A stretch of DNA of 64,000 bases from Macrostomum lignano (GCA_002269645.1 NIVC01001375.1:1-64000); one strand, 5' to 3'. Shown: positions 16,074 through 28,664, counted from the first letter of the stretch. A program made the numbers and translations. Notes: a model not told the origin generated them from the sequence alone.

Positions 16074-18200
16074 ATGCTGCGTTTGTACATTTTGCTATTA
16101 ATCTGCTTCTCAGGAGTTGCTTTGCTAGCATCTGCTATTGATCCAGGTGAAGAACTCTTTGCTGTTCAGGTGGTGCTTTACAAGTACTCTTTAGCGATTA
16201 ACTTATTGATGCGAACTGCATCTGCCGTCACTACACATGTAGGCTTGATTGAGCTATTGTTATAAATATTGATTATGATTCGAAGCGAACATATAGAGGC
16301 TTCCTTGCCCAGATCCTCAGTTGCTAGGCCAGCCTCCCAGATCCTCCGTTGCTGGGCCAGCCTCCCAGATCCTCAGTTGCTGGGCTGCCAGCCTCCCAGA
16401 TCCTCAGTTGCTGGGCTGCCAGCCTCCCAGATCCTCAGTTGCTGGGCTGCCAGACTCCCAGATCCTCAGTTGCTGGGCTGCCAGCCTCCCAGATCCTCAG
16501 TTGCTGGGCTGCCAGCCTCCCAGATCCTCAGTTGCTGGTCTGCCAGCCTCCCAGATCCTCAGTTGCTGGGCTGCCAGCCTCCCAGATCCTCAGTTGCTGG
16601 GCTGCCAGCCTCCCAGATCCTCAGTTGCTGGGCTGCCAGCCTCCCAGATCCTCAGTTGCTGGGCTGCCAGCCTCCCAGATCCTCAGTTGCTGGGCCAGCC
16701 TCTCAGATCCTCAGTTGCTGGGCTGCCAGCCTCCCAGATCCTTATTTGCTGGGCCAGCCTCCCAGATCCCCAGTTGCTGGGCCAGCCTCCCAGAGTGTCA
16801 GTTGCTGGGCCAGCCTCCCAGATGCTCAGTTGCTGGGCCAGCCTCCCGGATGCTCAGCTGCTGGGCCAGCCTCCCAGATCTTCAGTTGCTGTGCCAGCCT
16901 CCCAGATGCTCAGTTGCTGAGCCAGCCTCCCAGATGCTCAGCTGCTGGGCCAGCCTCCCAGATCTTCAGTTGCTGTGCCAGCCTCCCAGATGCTCAGCTG
17001 CTGGGCCAGCCTCCCAGATCTTCAGTTGCTGTGCCAGCCTCTCAGATGCTCAGTTGCTGGGGCCAGCCTTTCAGAGTGTCAGTTGTTCTCCCAGCCTCCC
17101 AGATCCCCAGCTGCTGAGACACCGCAACAAGCTCCTTGGGACATGTCCTGACTCGGAACCCAGTTCAGGCGCTCATTTCACAGTCAAACCCCTTTCTCTC
17201 TGCAATTCCCGCAGCCAGCTGCACCCCGCAGGACCCCGCGCCGGCGAATTTCAGCGGCTTCGATCCCCGGGTCTGGGCCGGCCGCTGCGTCCGCCTTTAC
17301 GTCAGCCTGTCCGCCCAGAGGCCCGACGCTCGAGTCTGCGGCACCGAAACCTACCGAAGCGACTCTGACCTGGTGTCGGCGGCCATTCACGCTGGCCTGT
17401 TCAGCGGCTACAGTTTTGCCGCGTCGACAGTTGTCGAATTCGGCCAGGCCCTGACGGCCTACAAAGGCTCCAGACGGTACGGTGTCGCCTCGAGCGACTG
17501 CGGTGACTACGCCGGCAGCTTGAGCTTCCGCTTCCCCGCCCATCAGTTCCCTTCGCCGCCCAGCGGCTCAAACGAGATCGCCTTCTACTACGGCATGCTG
17601 GCAACGCTCGGCGTTGTCGGAAACACTGACGGCGTCGTGATCGGTGGCGCCTCTAGCGGACGCAGCGGCGACGGTCTGGGCGTCTATGCCGCTTCGTCCG
17701 ACGTCGGCGCCGCGGCCGTGCACGCCGGCCTGCTGGCGCCGGGCGAGTCGCAGCCGCTGCGGATTTGGTTCCTGCCCAGGCGGCGCAGCTTCTACGGCGG
17801 CTTCGGTCGCGGCCGCGGCTCCGGCATGACGTCAAGATCGTCGACTCAGCCCGATTGGTCGATGAGCTTCCCCGAGGCGGCGCGAACTATCTGGGGCGAG
17901 GCGCCGACGAGTTTGGAGCTCTTCGGCGGCGCTGACGGAGTTGTGCTGCGTTTTCGGCTCGCCTGCTGCTCCTCTCGTCAGCTGCCGGGGGTTCGCGGCT
18001 CCGGCGTCTACCACGTAGGGTCGAATTTCGCCGCTTCGGCGCGTCACGCCGGCCTCGTGCAGCCAAACACGGAGCGAATCTTGGTGGTAGAGTTTCTTGG
18101 AAAGACCGACTCGTTCGCTGCGGGGTTTCGCAACGGCGTCATGTCGGAGCGGTTCGGGCCGGGCTATGCCTATCGGTTTCTGGACTCGGAGCTCGCCTGA
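16074..18200 (+). CDS. Secreted protein with three LCCL-like domains (exons 16074-16146, 17215-18200; ~352 aa)
   Basis: Exon 1 MLRLYILLLICFSGVALLASAIDP is signal-peptide-like; phase-1 G|GT donor joins cccgcag|CC in frame. Three LCCL motifs: GTETYRSDSDLVSAAIHAG, GLGVYAASSDVGAAAVHAG, GSGVYHVGSNFAASARHAG. Confidence 0.8.
16305..17115. repeat. 28/31-bp intronic minisatellite, same family as TrxR intron 1
   Basis: Same core cctcccagatcctcagttgctggg. Confidence 0.95.
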
Positions 18201-18289
18201 TTCCAGAAACTGATCTGCTTTGAAGTGTCTGACTGAGCTTTACATCTGCATCTTCATCTGGATGCTGATCTGAATTGTGATTTTCACCC

Positions 18290-18465
18290 TGATCCCAGCC
18301 CTAATCCCAACCCTAATCCCAACCCTGATCCCAACCCTAATCCCAACCCTAATCCCAACCTTAATCCCAACCCTAATCCCAACCCTAATCCCAACCGTGA
18401 TCCCAACCTTAATCCCAACCCCACTCCCAACGCTGATCCCAATCCTAATCCCAACCCTGATCCCA
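18290..18465. repeat. 12-bp telomere-like repeat (CCCTAATCCCAA)n
   Basis: About 14 units, each containing CCCTAA or a variant. Confidence 0.9.
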
Positions 18466-18902
18466 AAGCTAATTGAAATGCGAATCAAGGTGCCAATAAA
18501 AGTCCAAAATACGCAAAAACATTCTCCCAATAGCACCGTCGCAAAGAGCAAAAATTTTCAACCGTAAAAATCGTGAATCGTTTTCGATTCTGTTAAAGAA
18601 GTGCATAATCAGGAAAATGATTTAAACATACTCCCTCTGCTTGACAATAAACAAAGTGATGAAGCTTCGCCAACTAAATTTGGCTATCATTTTGCTTATT
18701 TTTCAATAGCCGCTCACGTCAGGCTTCGATGGGCAAGAAGCAGTCAGCATTTGCCTTGCAGGTACACCGAACTGAGCTACGGCAAAGCGGTATTCAACCT
18801 GCTCAGTTGAGCGAGTTAAAGCTCAGTACTCAATGCTGCTAATTCAAGCCATGATTTTCATTGCTGAAATATTCCACTTTCTAGTTTTTTTGTTGCTGGA
18901 TG

Positions 18903-19530
18903 TGTAGTGTAGTCAGGATGATGCAGGGAGGTGTAGTCAGGATGATGCAGGGAGGTGTAGTCAGGATGATGCAGGGAGGTGTAGTCAGGATGATGCAGGG
19001 AGGTGTAGTCAGGATGATGCAGGGAGGTGTAGTCAGGATGATGCAGGGAGGTGTAGTCAGGATGATGCAGGGAGGTGTAGTCAGGATGATGCAGGGAGGT
19101 GTAGTCAGGATGATGCAGGGAGGTGTAGTCAGGATGATGCAGGGAGGTGTAGTCAGGATGATGCAGGGAGGTGTAGTCAGGATGATGCAGGGAGGTGTAG
19201 TCAGGATGATGCAGGGAGGTGTAGTCAGGATGATGCAGGGAGGTGTAGTCAGTATGATGCAGGGAGATGTAGTCAGGATAATGCAGGGAGATGTAGTCAG
19301 GATGATGCAGGGAGGTGTAGTCAGGATGATGCAGGGAGGTGTAGTCAGGATGACGCAGGGAGGTGTAGTCAGGATGACGCAGGTAGTAATATACAGGGAG
19401 TTATGAGAATGATGCAAGGAGTTATGGGGCTGATGCAGGGAGTTATGAGGCTGATGCAGGGAGTTATGAGAATGATGCAAGGAGTTATGGGGCTGATGCA
19501 GGGAGTTATGAGGCTGATGCAGGGAGTCAT
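18903..19530. repeat. 24-bp minisatellite grading into a 21-bp variant
   Basis: gtgtagtcaggatgatgcagggag about 20 copies, then gcagggagttatgaggctgat-type units. Confidence 0.95.
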
Positions 19531-20014
19531 GAGTGTGGATGCAGGTAGTGATACAAGTGCAGTCATAACAATGTGCCTATAAAGGCTGATGGCAAGGGAA
19601 ATACAATTGCATTTTCATCTGAAAAATTCGGAAAGCCACATGCACGTGGTTGAGGTTCATAATTGCGGGTATCTGGCCATCTCTGGTTTGAGCCATAGAG
19701 CGACCTGTAGTCACAATTCGCCCACACAATTATCCAGTTTAATTGACTATGAAAGCCTGACTCAGCTCTAGCAATTAACAATAAAGATAATAATAGATTG
19801 TTATTTTTATCAAGCCATTTCATCATGACTGGAGAACGAGAGCTCACTCAGCCCCCGAACCAGTGTATTTCCATTAATTTCAATTGAAACATTTGGGTTT
19901 CAGCTAGGCAATAAAATTAATAGAGATGCAGGGGATCAAAGTCAGTCTGTGTCAATAGTCAGATTTGCGGTGACGGCTCTCGTGACTCATCAACGACCCC
20001 CGCGCTGCTCCTCG

Positions 20015-20461
20015 TTAGCCGAATCGCAGAGTAGAGATTGGTGGCAGCTCGTTGCGCTTCTTGATTGCGGCAGCTTGCAGACGTTTTAGCAGTCTCCTGG
20101 TCCATGGGGAGCCCGCAATGTCGCCTGCGGGTGATTGCAGAAATTACTAATGCAATGCTGGCAGCGATTAATGTGATAGTTCAATGTGTTTGTGCATGCT
20201 CATTACCATTTCTACGAGCCAACAGGTCCAGGTAAAGCTGCTCTACATTGTCGTCAGCATCTTTTAGCTCTGGAAATGTTTGCAGGTGTTGATTTATTGT
20301 GTTACGTTAAGCTTCATTTTATAAACAAAATACGACACGGTCTCACCTGCGTCGCTAATTGAGTCCGAGTTCACTATCGAGTTAGCGTGCGCTGGCGTTG
20401 TCAAGGAAAGCAGCAGCAGCAGCAGCACGCTGGAACTTGTCAGACAGAAGCAGGTATTCAT
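20015..20461 (-). CDS. RFamide neuropeptide precursor, 95 aa (exons 20461-20347, 20269-20207, 20124-20015)
   Basis: Spliced product MNTCFCLTSSSVLLLLLLSLTTPAHANSIVNSDSISDAELKDADDNVEQLYLDLLARRNGDIAGSPWTRRLLKRLQAAAIKKRNELPPISTLRFG-stop. Both introns are GT-AG and phase 1. Signal peptide, acidic spacer, KKR site and terminal RF-G amidation signal. Confidence 0.85.
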
Positions 20462-21996
20462 TTCCAACTCTGAAGATATTCAGCTAACTACTTTTGTCCG
20501 TGTTCTCACAGCAGATTCCTCAAAAAGGCTGTGAAGGAGAGGATGGCTGGCATCGACTCTGCCCGAGTATTAATACCACACGGTTGCGACGCTCAACCAT
20601 CGGAGCCTGAGGTTGCTGCATGGGCTACTAGAAATTCTATTGGCTGCTCAGTTCTACCGCAGCCCCTGCTGACTGACTCTCCGACTCTAGATATTGCTTT
20701 CCATTGTCTTGTTTACGATTTGCATAAATTTACAATTCAATAAATGCAACACGGTGCATCTTTTGAGCAGGAAAATCGGACTGTGATTTATGGTGCGACT
20801 CATGGTCAGTCAGGACCTGAGTGAGTGCTCAGGGTCACCTTGATCTGGACAATACAATTTAAAGAGTACATGGATAACTGCAGTAGAAGGACTATATGTT
20901 TGTCGTATATGTTTGTCGCTGCTTAGGGCCTTCTGAATGCGCTGGCAATCCGACAAACATCCGTTCCTTACCGGGCGCGCCAGCTCATTTATAAAAAAAA
21001 CGAGTGCAGCGTCCTCCGACATCAGTTTTCTACGATGTCGCAGAAAGATAGAAGACTTTCTGCGCATAAATATCTTAAATTAAAATAGCAACAGTCGGCC
21101 CCTGTATATAAAATACCATTAAAATGATTAAAATTATATTTTTTTAAATAAACTGATGTCTAGTCTAGGAAGTTCACGGATTTTCGAGTAGCTTTGGCAA
21201 CCTGCAGCAGAGAATGCTCAAGCAGTGTGCTTGACGAGATTTACGAGTTAAATATCCGTCCTAGTGAATTCCTGAAATTTCTAATTTAGCTTGTCAATAA
21301 TTTTGAAAAATGCTTTTTTATCTGCTTTATGCGACTATTTTGGTTGAACAAAGTCTCTGAAGGTTATCTAATATCCGTCTGAAATAACTTTAAGGCTGAC
21401 AAGGTCGATAGTCAGTAATTTATAGCTACTGGTTGAATAGAAATGTATTGTAGGGTTTTCCCGCCAAACAGGAAATCTTCTGCTGTCGCCAAGCGCACTC
21501 GTGCTTTAGAGCCTCATTGTTTAGCAATTTGACGATCATTATTCGCATTTTTTATGCAGAACAATACATGACTGCAAACAATGCATTGTTTTTAGGATCG
21601 TCAAACAGAAAAACAATGCAAAGAATCTGCGGTCGCAGCACGTGACAACGATTTGTCTATGGCTCGCGCCTACCAGCGCTCGCCAGACAATCGTTGTCAC
21701 GCACTGGGACCGATGATTATTTATCCATTGTTCAAAATGTCTATGGTAATTTACGTTAATCCATTGTTCAAAATGTCTATGATAATTTACGTTAAGGCAA
21801 TGACATTCAAGCAGGTCATTGAAATCGACAATGAAGCAATTTACCGGGATATCATTTTAGAAAGCGAACGAGTACGACAATTGAATTTTAACAGAGAAGA
21901 ACCATTCAACAACAGCTCGTAAGAGTTTTGGATCCAAGACTTAGTAATCAATGCGTCCCTCGCAGAAGTCTCAGTTTCAAAATTTCTCGTAAAAAA

Positions 21997-23318
21997 CTAG
22001 TTGAATTTACAGTCAGTGAACGTGCACCCTTGAAAAGTGAACTTAGACCCAACATTTTCGTGGCTGTTGATTCTGGAGAAGCTCATAGCCGATTGAAACG
22101 AGACAGTGGCCTCTGAATCCTGATCAGGGACTGCGACAGACGCATCTTCAGCCGTATGTAACTGTAGAGCCAAAGAAACCGCTGCGCTGTTCTTCTGCAA
22201 GGAACGATCACGCGGTCTGGCTGGATATCGGCGTGTTGTCCTCTCTGAGGTCTGGCCGGTAATCGACATAATATCACTCAAACTGTGTCCAGCGCCCTCC
22301 AAATCACAGACTCGGGTGACTCTGGATAAATAAATAAATAAATAAATAGCTTAGCATTAATATTTTTATCGGATAGTTAATTGACAAAATCGACTAATTC
22401 TTAGACTCACCTAATACAATGTCTGTCCAAAGCGTATACGAATCAAGACTTTCTCACTTAGATTACGCATAAAGCGTTGTAGGTAATTGTCAGCGCGATT
22501 TTGCTTCATAGAGTACGTGATGCTTCCATCGCTACTTGCTAACGGCCGCGGAAAAAAGGTGATTGTCCTTTGTTTGCGGGGCAGCAGATCCAGATATCTT
22601 CGAACGTTGGCGGTCTCGTAGATACGGGCCTGTTTGTTATCCTTGCGCAATTTAGCCTTCACTGGATCGGCAGTCTTGTTCTTTGACGGAAGCGTTGGCA
22701 GGCAATAGTACTACCATCAGCGTCAGTGTGCAATTCGAGTACGCTTCTATGCTTCAAATACTTCAAGTGTTCTTGTCCACTCTCACCCAGACTGTAAGGA
22801 ACGTAGAACAGGAATCTATCCTGCTCGGTTTCAGCGGTTCCTCGTTGAAAATAGTCTGTCAGTTTCAACATGTCGCCAGCTTCAATCGGCTCGAATTGCT
22901 GGATGTCACCGCCTTCCTGATGAAACTTTCTAACCTGCACATGAAGCATTTCGTTCGCTGATCGAAATTCTTGGCCAGTGATGACATCCACTTTCAATTT
23001 ATGAATCATGCGCAGATACCTCTGTATCCCCGTCCTGATGCAGATAAGAGAAGCGGGTGAATAAGGCTTTCCATCTTGCTTCCTGAGTTTATAGTAATAG
23101 TACATTAAGTACTGATTAAGCGTTTCCGTAGGTACAGCTGTGGCTTTTCGAAGTTTCTCATTCGCGAGAAAATCGCGAAACCGTTCGCCGTGCTGATACA
23201 TTTGCTTGCGCGTCTCGTTCGGCAAACTTTCAATCTCAATTCGATCCATCTCGGAGATGTCCATTTGCTCTTCATCTAGACAAGGCAGTTCCTCGTCAGA
23301 ACGGTCACTTTTCACCAA
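21997..23318 (-). mobile_element. Degenerate Crypton-type tyrosine recombinase with a spliceosomal intron
   Basis: YKLRKQDGKPYSPASLICIRTGIQRYL (Crypton/DUF3504-like). HCIR (HxxR) is restored by splicing intron 22410-22322. MSITGQTSERTTRRY is the box-II/Tyr region. Frameshifts, and apparent R->S and H->Q at catalytic positions. Confidence 0.75.
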
Positions 23319-23873
23319 GCAAACTTGTCACGTCTGTTGATAGTGGAGGACTCAGAAATGAAGTTCAATTAAAAAAATCGACATTACCGAGCTCGTGCAT
23401 GGCAGATTGCGCCAATTGATTAGGAAGTGGGTGTCTTCCATTCTCTAGCAAAATTTCTAGTGCTAGCTCAAACAAGTACATGTAACTTTGATTTGTCAAT
23501 GACAAAGTAACTTCCGTCTGAGATGCCACTGCTCTGAAAAATCTAACCTGCTCACTTCCGTTTTGTGTACATTCCTTTGCCCGTTCTACGTCACCATTTT
23601 ATACTCGATTTTTATTTTAATTTCAATTATTTGAATACAAACACTCGCCAGCAAAAATTCCGTCGCTTCACTTTTTAGTTGGACAGATTCTACAGAAAGC
23701 AAAGAAAAAAGTAATAGAAATCAATAAGAAAAACTGGCCTCATGATGTAACGGGTGTTTCTTCGCTTCCACTCCAGATGCTAATTATAGAACTCTAACTC
23801 CTTGGTCTATTCCCACCCAATGTCTCTGCCCTCTGCAGCCCATCAATATTGGTATAATGGTGTTTAAAAGAAG

Positions 23874-24193
23874 TCAGGGGTTCAGTCAGGGGTTGTAGCC
23901 TAGTGGTTGGAGCGTCGGACTCACGACTTGAAAGTCGGGGGTTCGATTCCCGATCCCACTCGGAACAATTTGTGTCCTTGAGCAAAATGCTTAACACTGA
24001 ATTGCTTCAGTTCACCCAGCTGTAAAATGGGTGACAGCATTAGCTGGGGTAATCGAGGGTGTGTGGCGACCCCTCAATCCTTGGACTGAACAGCCGTACG
24101 CAGCCTTTAGATGCTCCGCGCAATAGCTGCGGCTGAGCTGTCGGTTGCACATCTGCCCATTAGGTCAGGTGAAATCAATTATTGTTATTCTTA
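23874..24193 (+). mobile_element. tRNA-derived SINE with CORE-like central domain (copy 1)
   Basis: A-box TAGCCTAGTGG, B-box GGTTCGATTCC, central GTGTCCTTGAGCAAAATGCTTAAC...CTGTAAAATGGG, ATT-rich tail; possible 10-bp TSD ttaaaagaag (23864-23873 and 24194-24203). Confidence 0.85.
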
Positions 24194-24265
24194 TTAAAAG
24201 AAGACGTGTCTCTTACTCTCTTGCCACGTGAACTCAGCCAACTATACTTCTTTACGGGGTGCCCT

Positions 24266-25210
24266 TGAATTTAGTAACCGAAATTTAGTAACCGTGAATT
24301 TAGTACCGCTCGAATTTAGTACCGCCTGAATTTAGTACCGCCTGAATTTAGTACCGCCTGAATTTAGTACCGCCTGAATTTAGTACCGCTCGAATTTAGT
24401 ACTGCCTGAATTTAGTACCGCCTGAATTTAGTAACGCCTGAATTTAGTACCGCTCGAATTTAGTACTGCCTGAATTTAGTACCGCCTGAATTTAGTACCG
24501 CCTGAATTTAGTACCGCCTGAATTTAGTACCGCTCGAATTTAGTACCGCCTGAATTTAGTAACGCCTGAATTTAGTAACGCAACAAATGGTGCAGCTGAG
24601 AGATAGTACAATACTAATACATTAGTACTATACTAGTGTATTATACATAGTATACATGCATAGTATAATACATAGTATAATACATTAGTATAGTACTTCC
24701 TGAAGGAAAGGAAGTGAATATGAAGTGAAGGAAAGTTCTATTGTTCTGCAACTTCACTATATATATATTATACATTAGTTTTATACATAATATATTTTGT
24801 GCCTACATATATGTGCGTTACTAAATTCAGGCGGTACTAAATTCAGGCAGTACTAAATTCGAGCGGTACTAAATTCAGGCGGTACTAAATTCGAGCGGTA
24901 CTAAATTCAGGCGTTACTAAATTCAGGCGGTGCTAAATTCAGGCAGTACTAAATTCGAGCGGTACTAAATTCAGGCGGTACTAAATTCAGGCGGTACTAA
25001 ATTCGAGCGGTACTAAATTCAGGCGTTACTAAATTCAGGCAGTACTAAATTCGAGCGGTACTAAATTCAGGCGGTACTAAATTCAGGCGGTACTAAATTC
25101 AGGCAGTACTAAATTCAGGCGGTACTAAATTCAGGCGGTACTAAATTCAGGCGGTACTAAATTCGAGCGGTACTAAATTCACGGTTACTAAATTTCGGTT
25201 ACTAAATTCA
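24266..25210. mobile_element. Foldback-like element: ~320-400-bp inverted arms of 16-bp repeats around an AT-rich spacer
   Basis: Left arm 24266-24582 of gaatttagtaccgcct units; right arm 24814-25210 is the reverse complement, including the distinctive outer units gaatttagtaaccgaaatttagtaaccg. Confidence 0.75.
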
Positions 25211-26869
25211 CATAGACCCGCTTCTGACACGATTGGTACCGGCTCGGTGGAAGAGCTGGTTACTCCAGTTCAGCCAATACTTCAGCTCCGAGATCGGCAA
25301 GATCTTCAAGCAAATTTTCCAATTCCGGATCCAAAGCGTATAGATGCATCCAATGCAAGGAAGATGCTTCTCTCAACTTAACTTTAAATGAATTAGAGCT
25401 TCGACCATAGACTATGAAAATGATTCCATACACTAAAATTTATCCAAGCGGGTGGAGAAACGAATCTTGCGTCTGATTCACATTGCAATCCATGGGCTTC
25501 TGGCTCTCGGGAAGAGAAAAGACGTTTCTTCCCGCCTTTGCAAATTAGATGGGAATAGTTACTTCATTGAGAAATATGTAAATCCTCAGGCCGATCTCTT
25601 TCTGCCTTCTGGTATATTCTGGCCATAGACATCGACAACGACATCGACACTGCCATAGGAAGCGCTATGGAGTATGGTAAACCATAGTAACAATGGGAAA
25701 GGGAATAATAAGCCGTCTGTACGTGCCTTCCCACCCACTGATAAAAAAGCCATCCCATTTAGAGATGCCAACAACGTTTAACCTATGCAACTATCATCTT
25801 TTACTAGGACATTCCATGGTATGTCCACGCTATGGAAATTGATTTAATCTTGATTGATACCCGATTTCTTTCTTTAATGCACAAGTTTATGAAGATTATA
25901 GCTTGTAAAAATCGAGTTTTTTAAACTGGAAACACGAAGAAGACAGTCGCTCAGCTAAAGCGCTCTCTTGAACAAATTTTGAACAGATAAACACAATAAA
26001 ATACGATCTGGCCGCGGGTTTTACCATAGACAAACTCGAGAAAACGAAAATTTTTGCTAGGAGTGATCAATGGTTGAGTCTGTAGATCTGCATTCGGGTG
26101 TGGAAAGTAATTGCTAAGCTTGAGTCTCTAGTTCTATTGTAGAACTAGCAGCTCACCAGACTGCATGGATTGAACCAGCGCTTGTTCAATTGTTCAATCA
26201 GCAACCCATCTCTGCTTATCAGCCGTTTTTGTTATTTAGGAAGCTATTTCAGCCGTCGCAGCAAATCATTTTTTAAATAGAATTTCTTTCGGTAAAATTA
26301 AAAGGCTTTTTTTGTCGGCCTCGACTTTCTGTAGAACAAACTGCATGCGAGTTTCTACAGAAAATCTAGCTTTGCAAAACCGGCACTTTTCAAGCCAACC
26401 AGCGATGCATTTCAGAGCAGCTTCGTGGCACTGGGATTTAAATTTCTATCTTCAGCGTAAAAGTAGCTAAAAATGAAAATGCTTTATTAGCTACTAACAC
26501 AAGCAGGCATCAGTAGCCACCTAGAAGGACTTGATTTATTTAAATGCCAAGAAATTGGCAAACTATAAAACACTAAACGCCAAAAAACTCGCCTTTTAAT
26601 TCGCCTTGTGCACATGCAGAATATCCGTTACCCAATCCTGCAGTCCTTGTTGAAAACGTTAAAGAAGCGCTTAAGAGTCGTTGAAAAGGTCGCTTTAGTG
26701 TCATGACGTGAGCGAAATTAGGCCAATCGAACAGAAATTATCAAAGAGCTGAATGCTGATGTTTGAAGCTATATATTAATCAAGAGAAGCAAATAGTTTA
26801 CTTTAACAAAGAAGCGTGAGTTCCTGAGAAAAATGTTGGACTACAAAAATATCTACCCTAGCAACACAT

Positions 26870-27425
26870 TAACGTCTGACAATTTATCACCACTCGGATC
26901 AACCAGTGCGTGGCTTCAAAGCACAGGGAGAGGTGGCTAACGCCCCCGACTGCCGGCAATCCCGTGCGGCTGTCCCCTGTCCTTCTTCCGCCCTGCGCAA
27001 GGCCCTGCTTGGAGTCAACCGCAGGGACATCAGAGCGGTGACAATAGCCCTCTCGGGTCATGGCTGTTTTGCCAGGCATCATCACCTCCAGGGAAAAATC
27101 CGCAGTGAGGAATGCGCATTCTGCCTCTCCGGTGTCGAGAATGCGGAGCACTTCATCTGTGAATGCCCCGCCTTTACTCAGGACAGGCTCACCTACCTCG
27201 GCCCAAACCCGGATCTTTCTGACGTTTTCAGGCCCGAGAATTCTCGTCCACTACTGGGCGAGCAACCATCCACCTCCTGGACTCTCCGGAGGGGGACCGC
27301 ACTGCGGACACCGGCACCACCGTAACTCCCTGCGCGACACCGCAGCACCAGCTGCCCGTGGTCGCCAGGGGTTAGCGGAATGGGTGGCAACGCCTCCCCG
27401 CTGCATCCGAATTCCCGGAGACCAG
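26870..27425 (+). mobile_element. 3' fragment of a non-LTR retrotransposon (I/LOA/R1-like group)
   Basis: [12 protein letters not shown]...CAFC...[15 protein letters not shown] matches the C-terminal CCHC knuckle region following RT/RNase H; GC-rich 3' UTR follows. Confidence 0.75.
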
Positions 27426-28664
27426 ATTGTCAGATTAAAGGATTGTCAGATTGATGGATTGTCAGATTGATGGATTGTCAGATTGATGGATTGTCAGATT
27501 GATGGATTGTCAGATTGATGGATTGTCAGATTGATGGATTGTCAGATTGATGGATTGTCAGATTGATGGATTGTCAGATTGAAGGATTGTCAGATTGAAG
27601 GATCGTCAGATTGAAGGATTGTCAGATTGATGGATTGTCAGATTGATGGATTGTCAGATTGATGGATTGTCAGATTGATGGATTGTCAGATTGATGGATT
27701 GTCAGATTGATGGATTGTCAGATTGATGGATTGTCAGATTGATGGATTGTCAGATTGAAGGAGTGTCAGATTGAAGGAGTGTCAGATTGATGGATTGTCA
27801 GATTGAAGGATTGTCAGATTGATGGATTGTCAGATTGAAGGATTGTCAGATTGATGGATTGTCAGATTGAAGGAGTGTCAGATTGATGGATTGTCAGATT
27901 GAAGGATTGTCAGGTTGATGGATTGTCAGATTGAAGGATTGTCAGATTGAAGGAGTGTCAGATTGATGGATTGTCAGATTGAAGGATTGTCAGATTGATG
28001 GATTGTCAGATTGAAGGATTGTCAGATTGATGGATTGTCAGATTGAAGGATTGTCAGATTGATGGATTGTCAGATTGATGGATTGTCAGATTGATGGATT
28101 GTCAGATTGAAGGATTGTCAGATTGAATGATTGTCAGATTGATGGATTGTCAGATTGATGGATTGTCAGATTGATGGATTGTCAGATTGAAGGAGTGTCA
28201 GATTGATGGATTGTCAGATTGAAGGATTGTCAGATTGATGGATTGTCAGATTGATGGATTGTCAGATTGATGGATTGTCAGATTGATGGATTGTCAGATT
28301 GATGGATTGTCAGATTGATGGATTGTCAGATTGATGGATTGTCAGATTGAAGGAGTGTCAGATTGATGGATTGTCAGATTGAAGGATTGTCAGATTGATG
28401 GATTGTCAGATTGAAGGATTGTCAGATTGATGGATTGTCAGATTGAAGGATTGTCAGATTGAAGGATCGTCAGATTGAAGGATTGTCAGATTGAAGGATT
28501 GTCAGATTGATGGATTGTCAGATTGATGGATTGTCAGATTGATGGATTGTCAGATTGATGGATTGTCAGATTGATGGATTGTCAGATTGATGGATTGTCA
28601 GATTGATGGATTGTCAGATTGAAGGATTGTCAGATTGAAGGATCGTCAGATTGAAGGATCGTCA
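27426..28664. repeat. 16-bp minisatellite (~75 copies)
   Basis: gattgtcagattgatg / gattgtcagattgaag. Confidence 0.97.

Noticed and set aside
20810-21067. 85-aa ORF, and short ORFs at 25564-25774 and 29660-29939
   Set aside because: No recognisable motif or consistent splice structure; may be decayed TE sequence but unsupported.
23889-23965. Possible tRNA gene
   Set aside because: The cloverleaf is imperfect and continues into a SINE body and tail that recur at 28973-29285.
24266-28664. CRISPR-like arrays (also 36955-38450 and 52465-59270)
   Set aside because: Units are directly adjacent with no unique spacers, there are no cas genes, and the context is eukaryotic.
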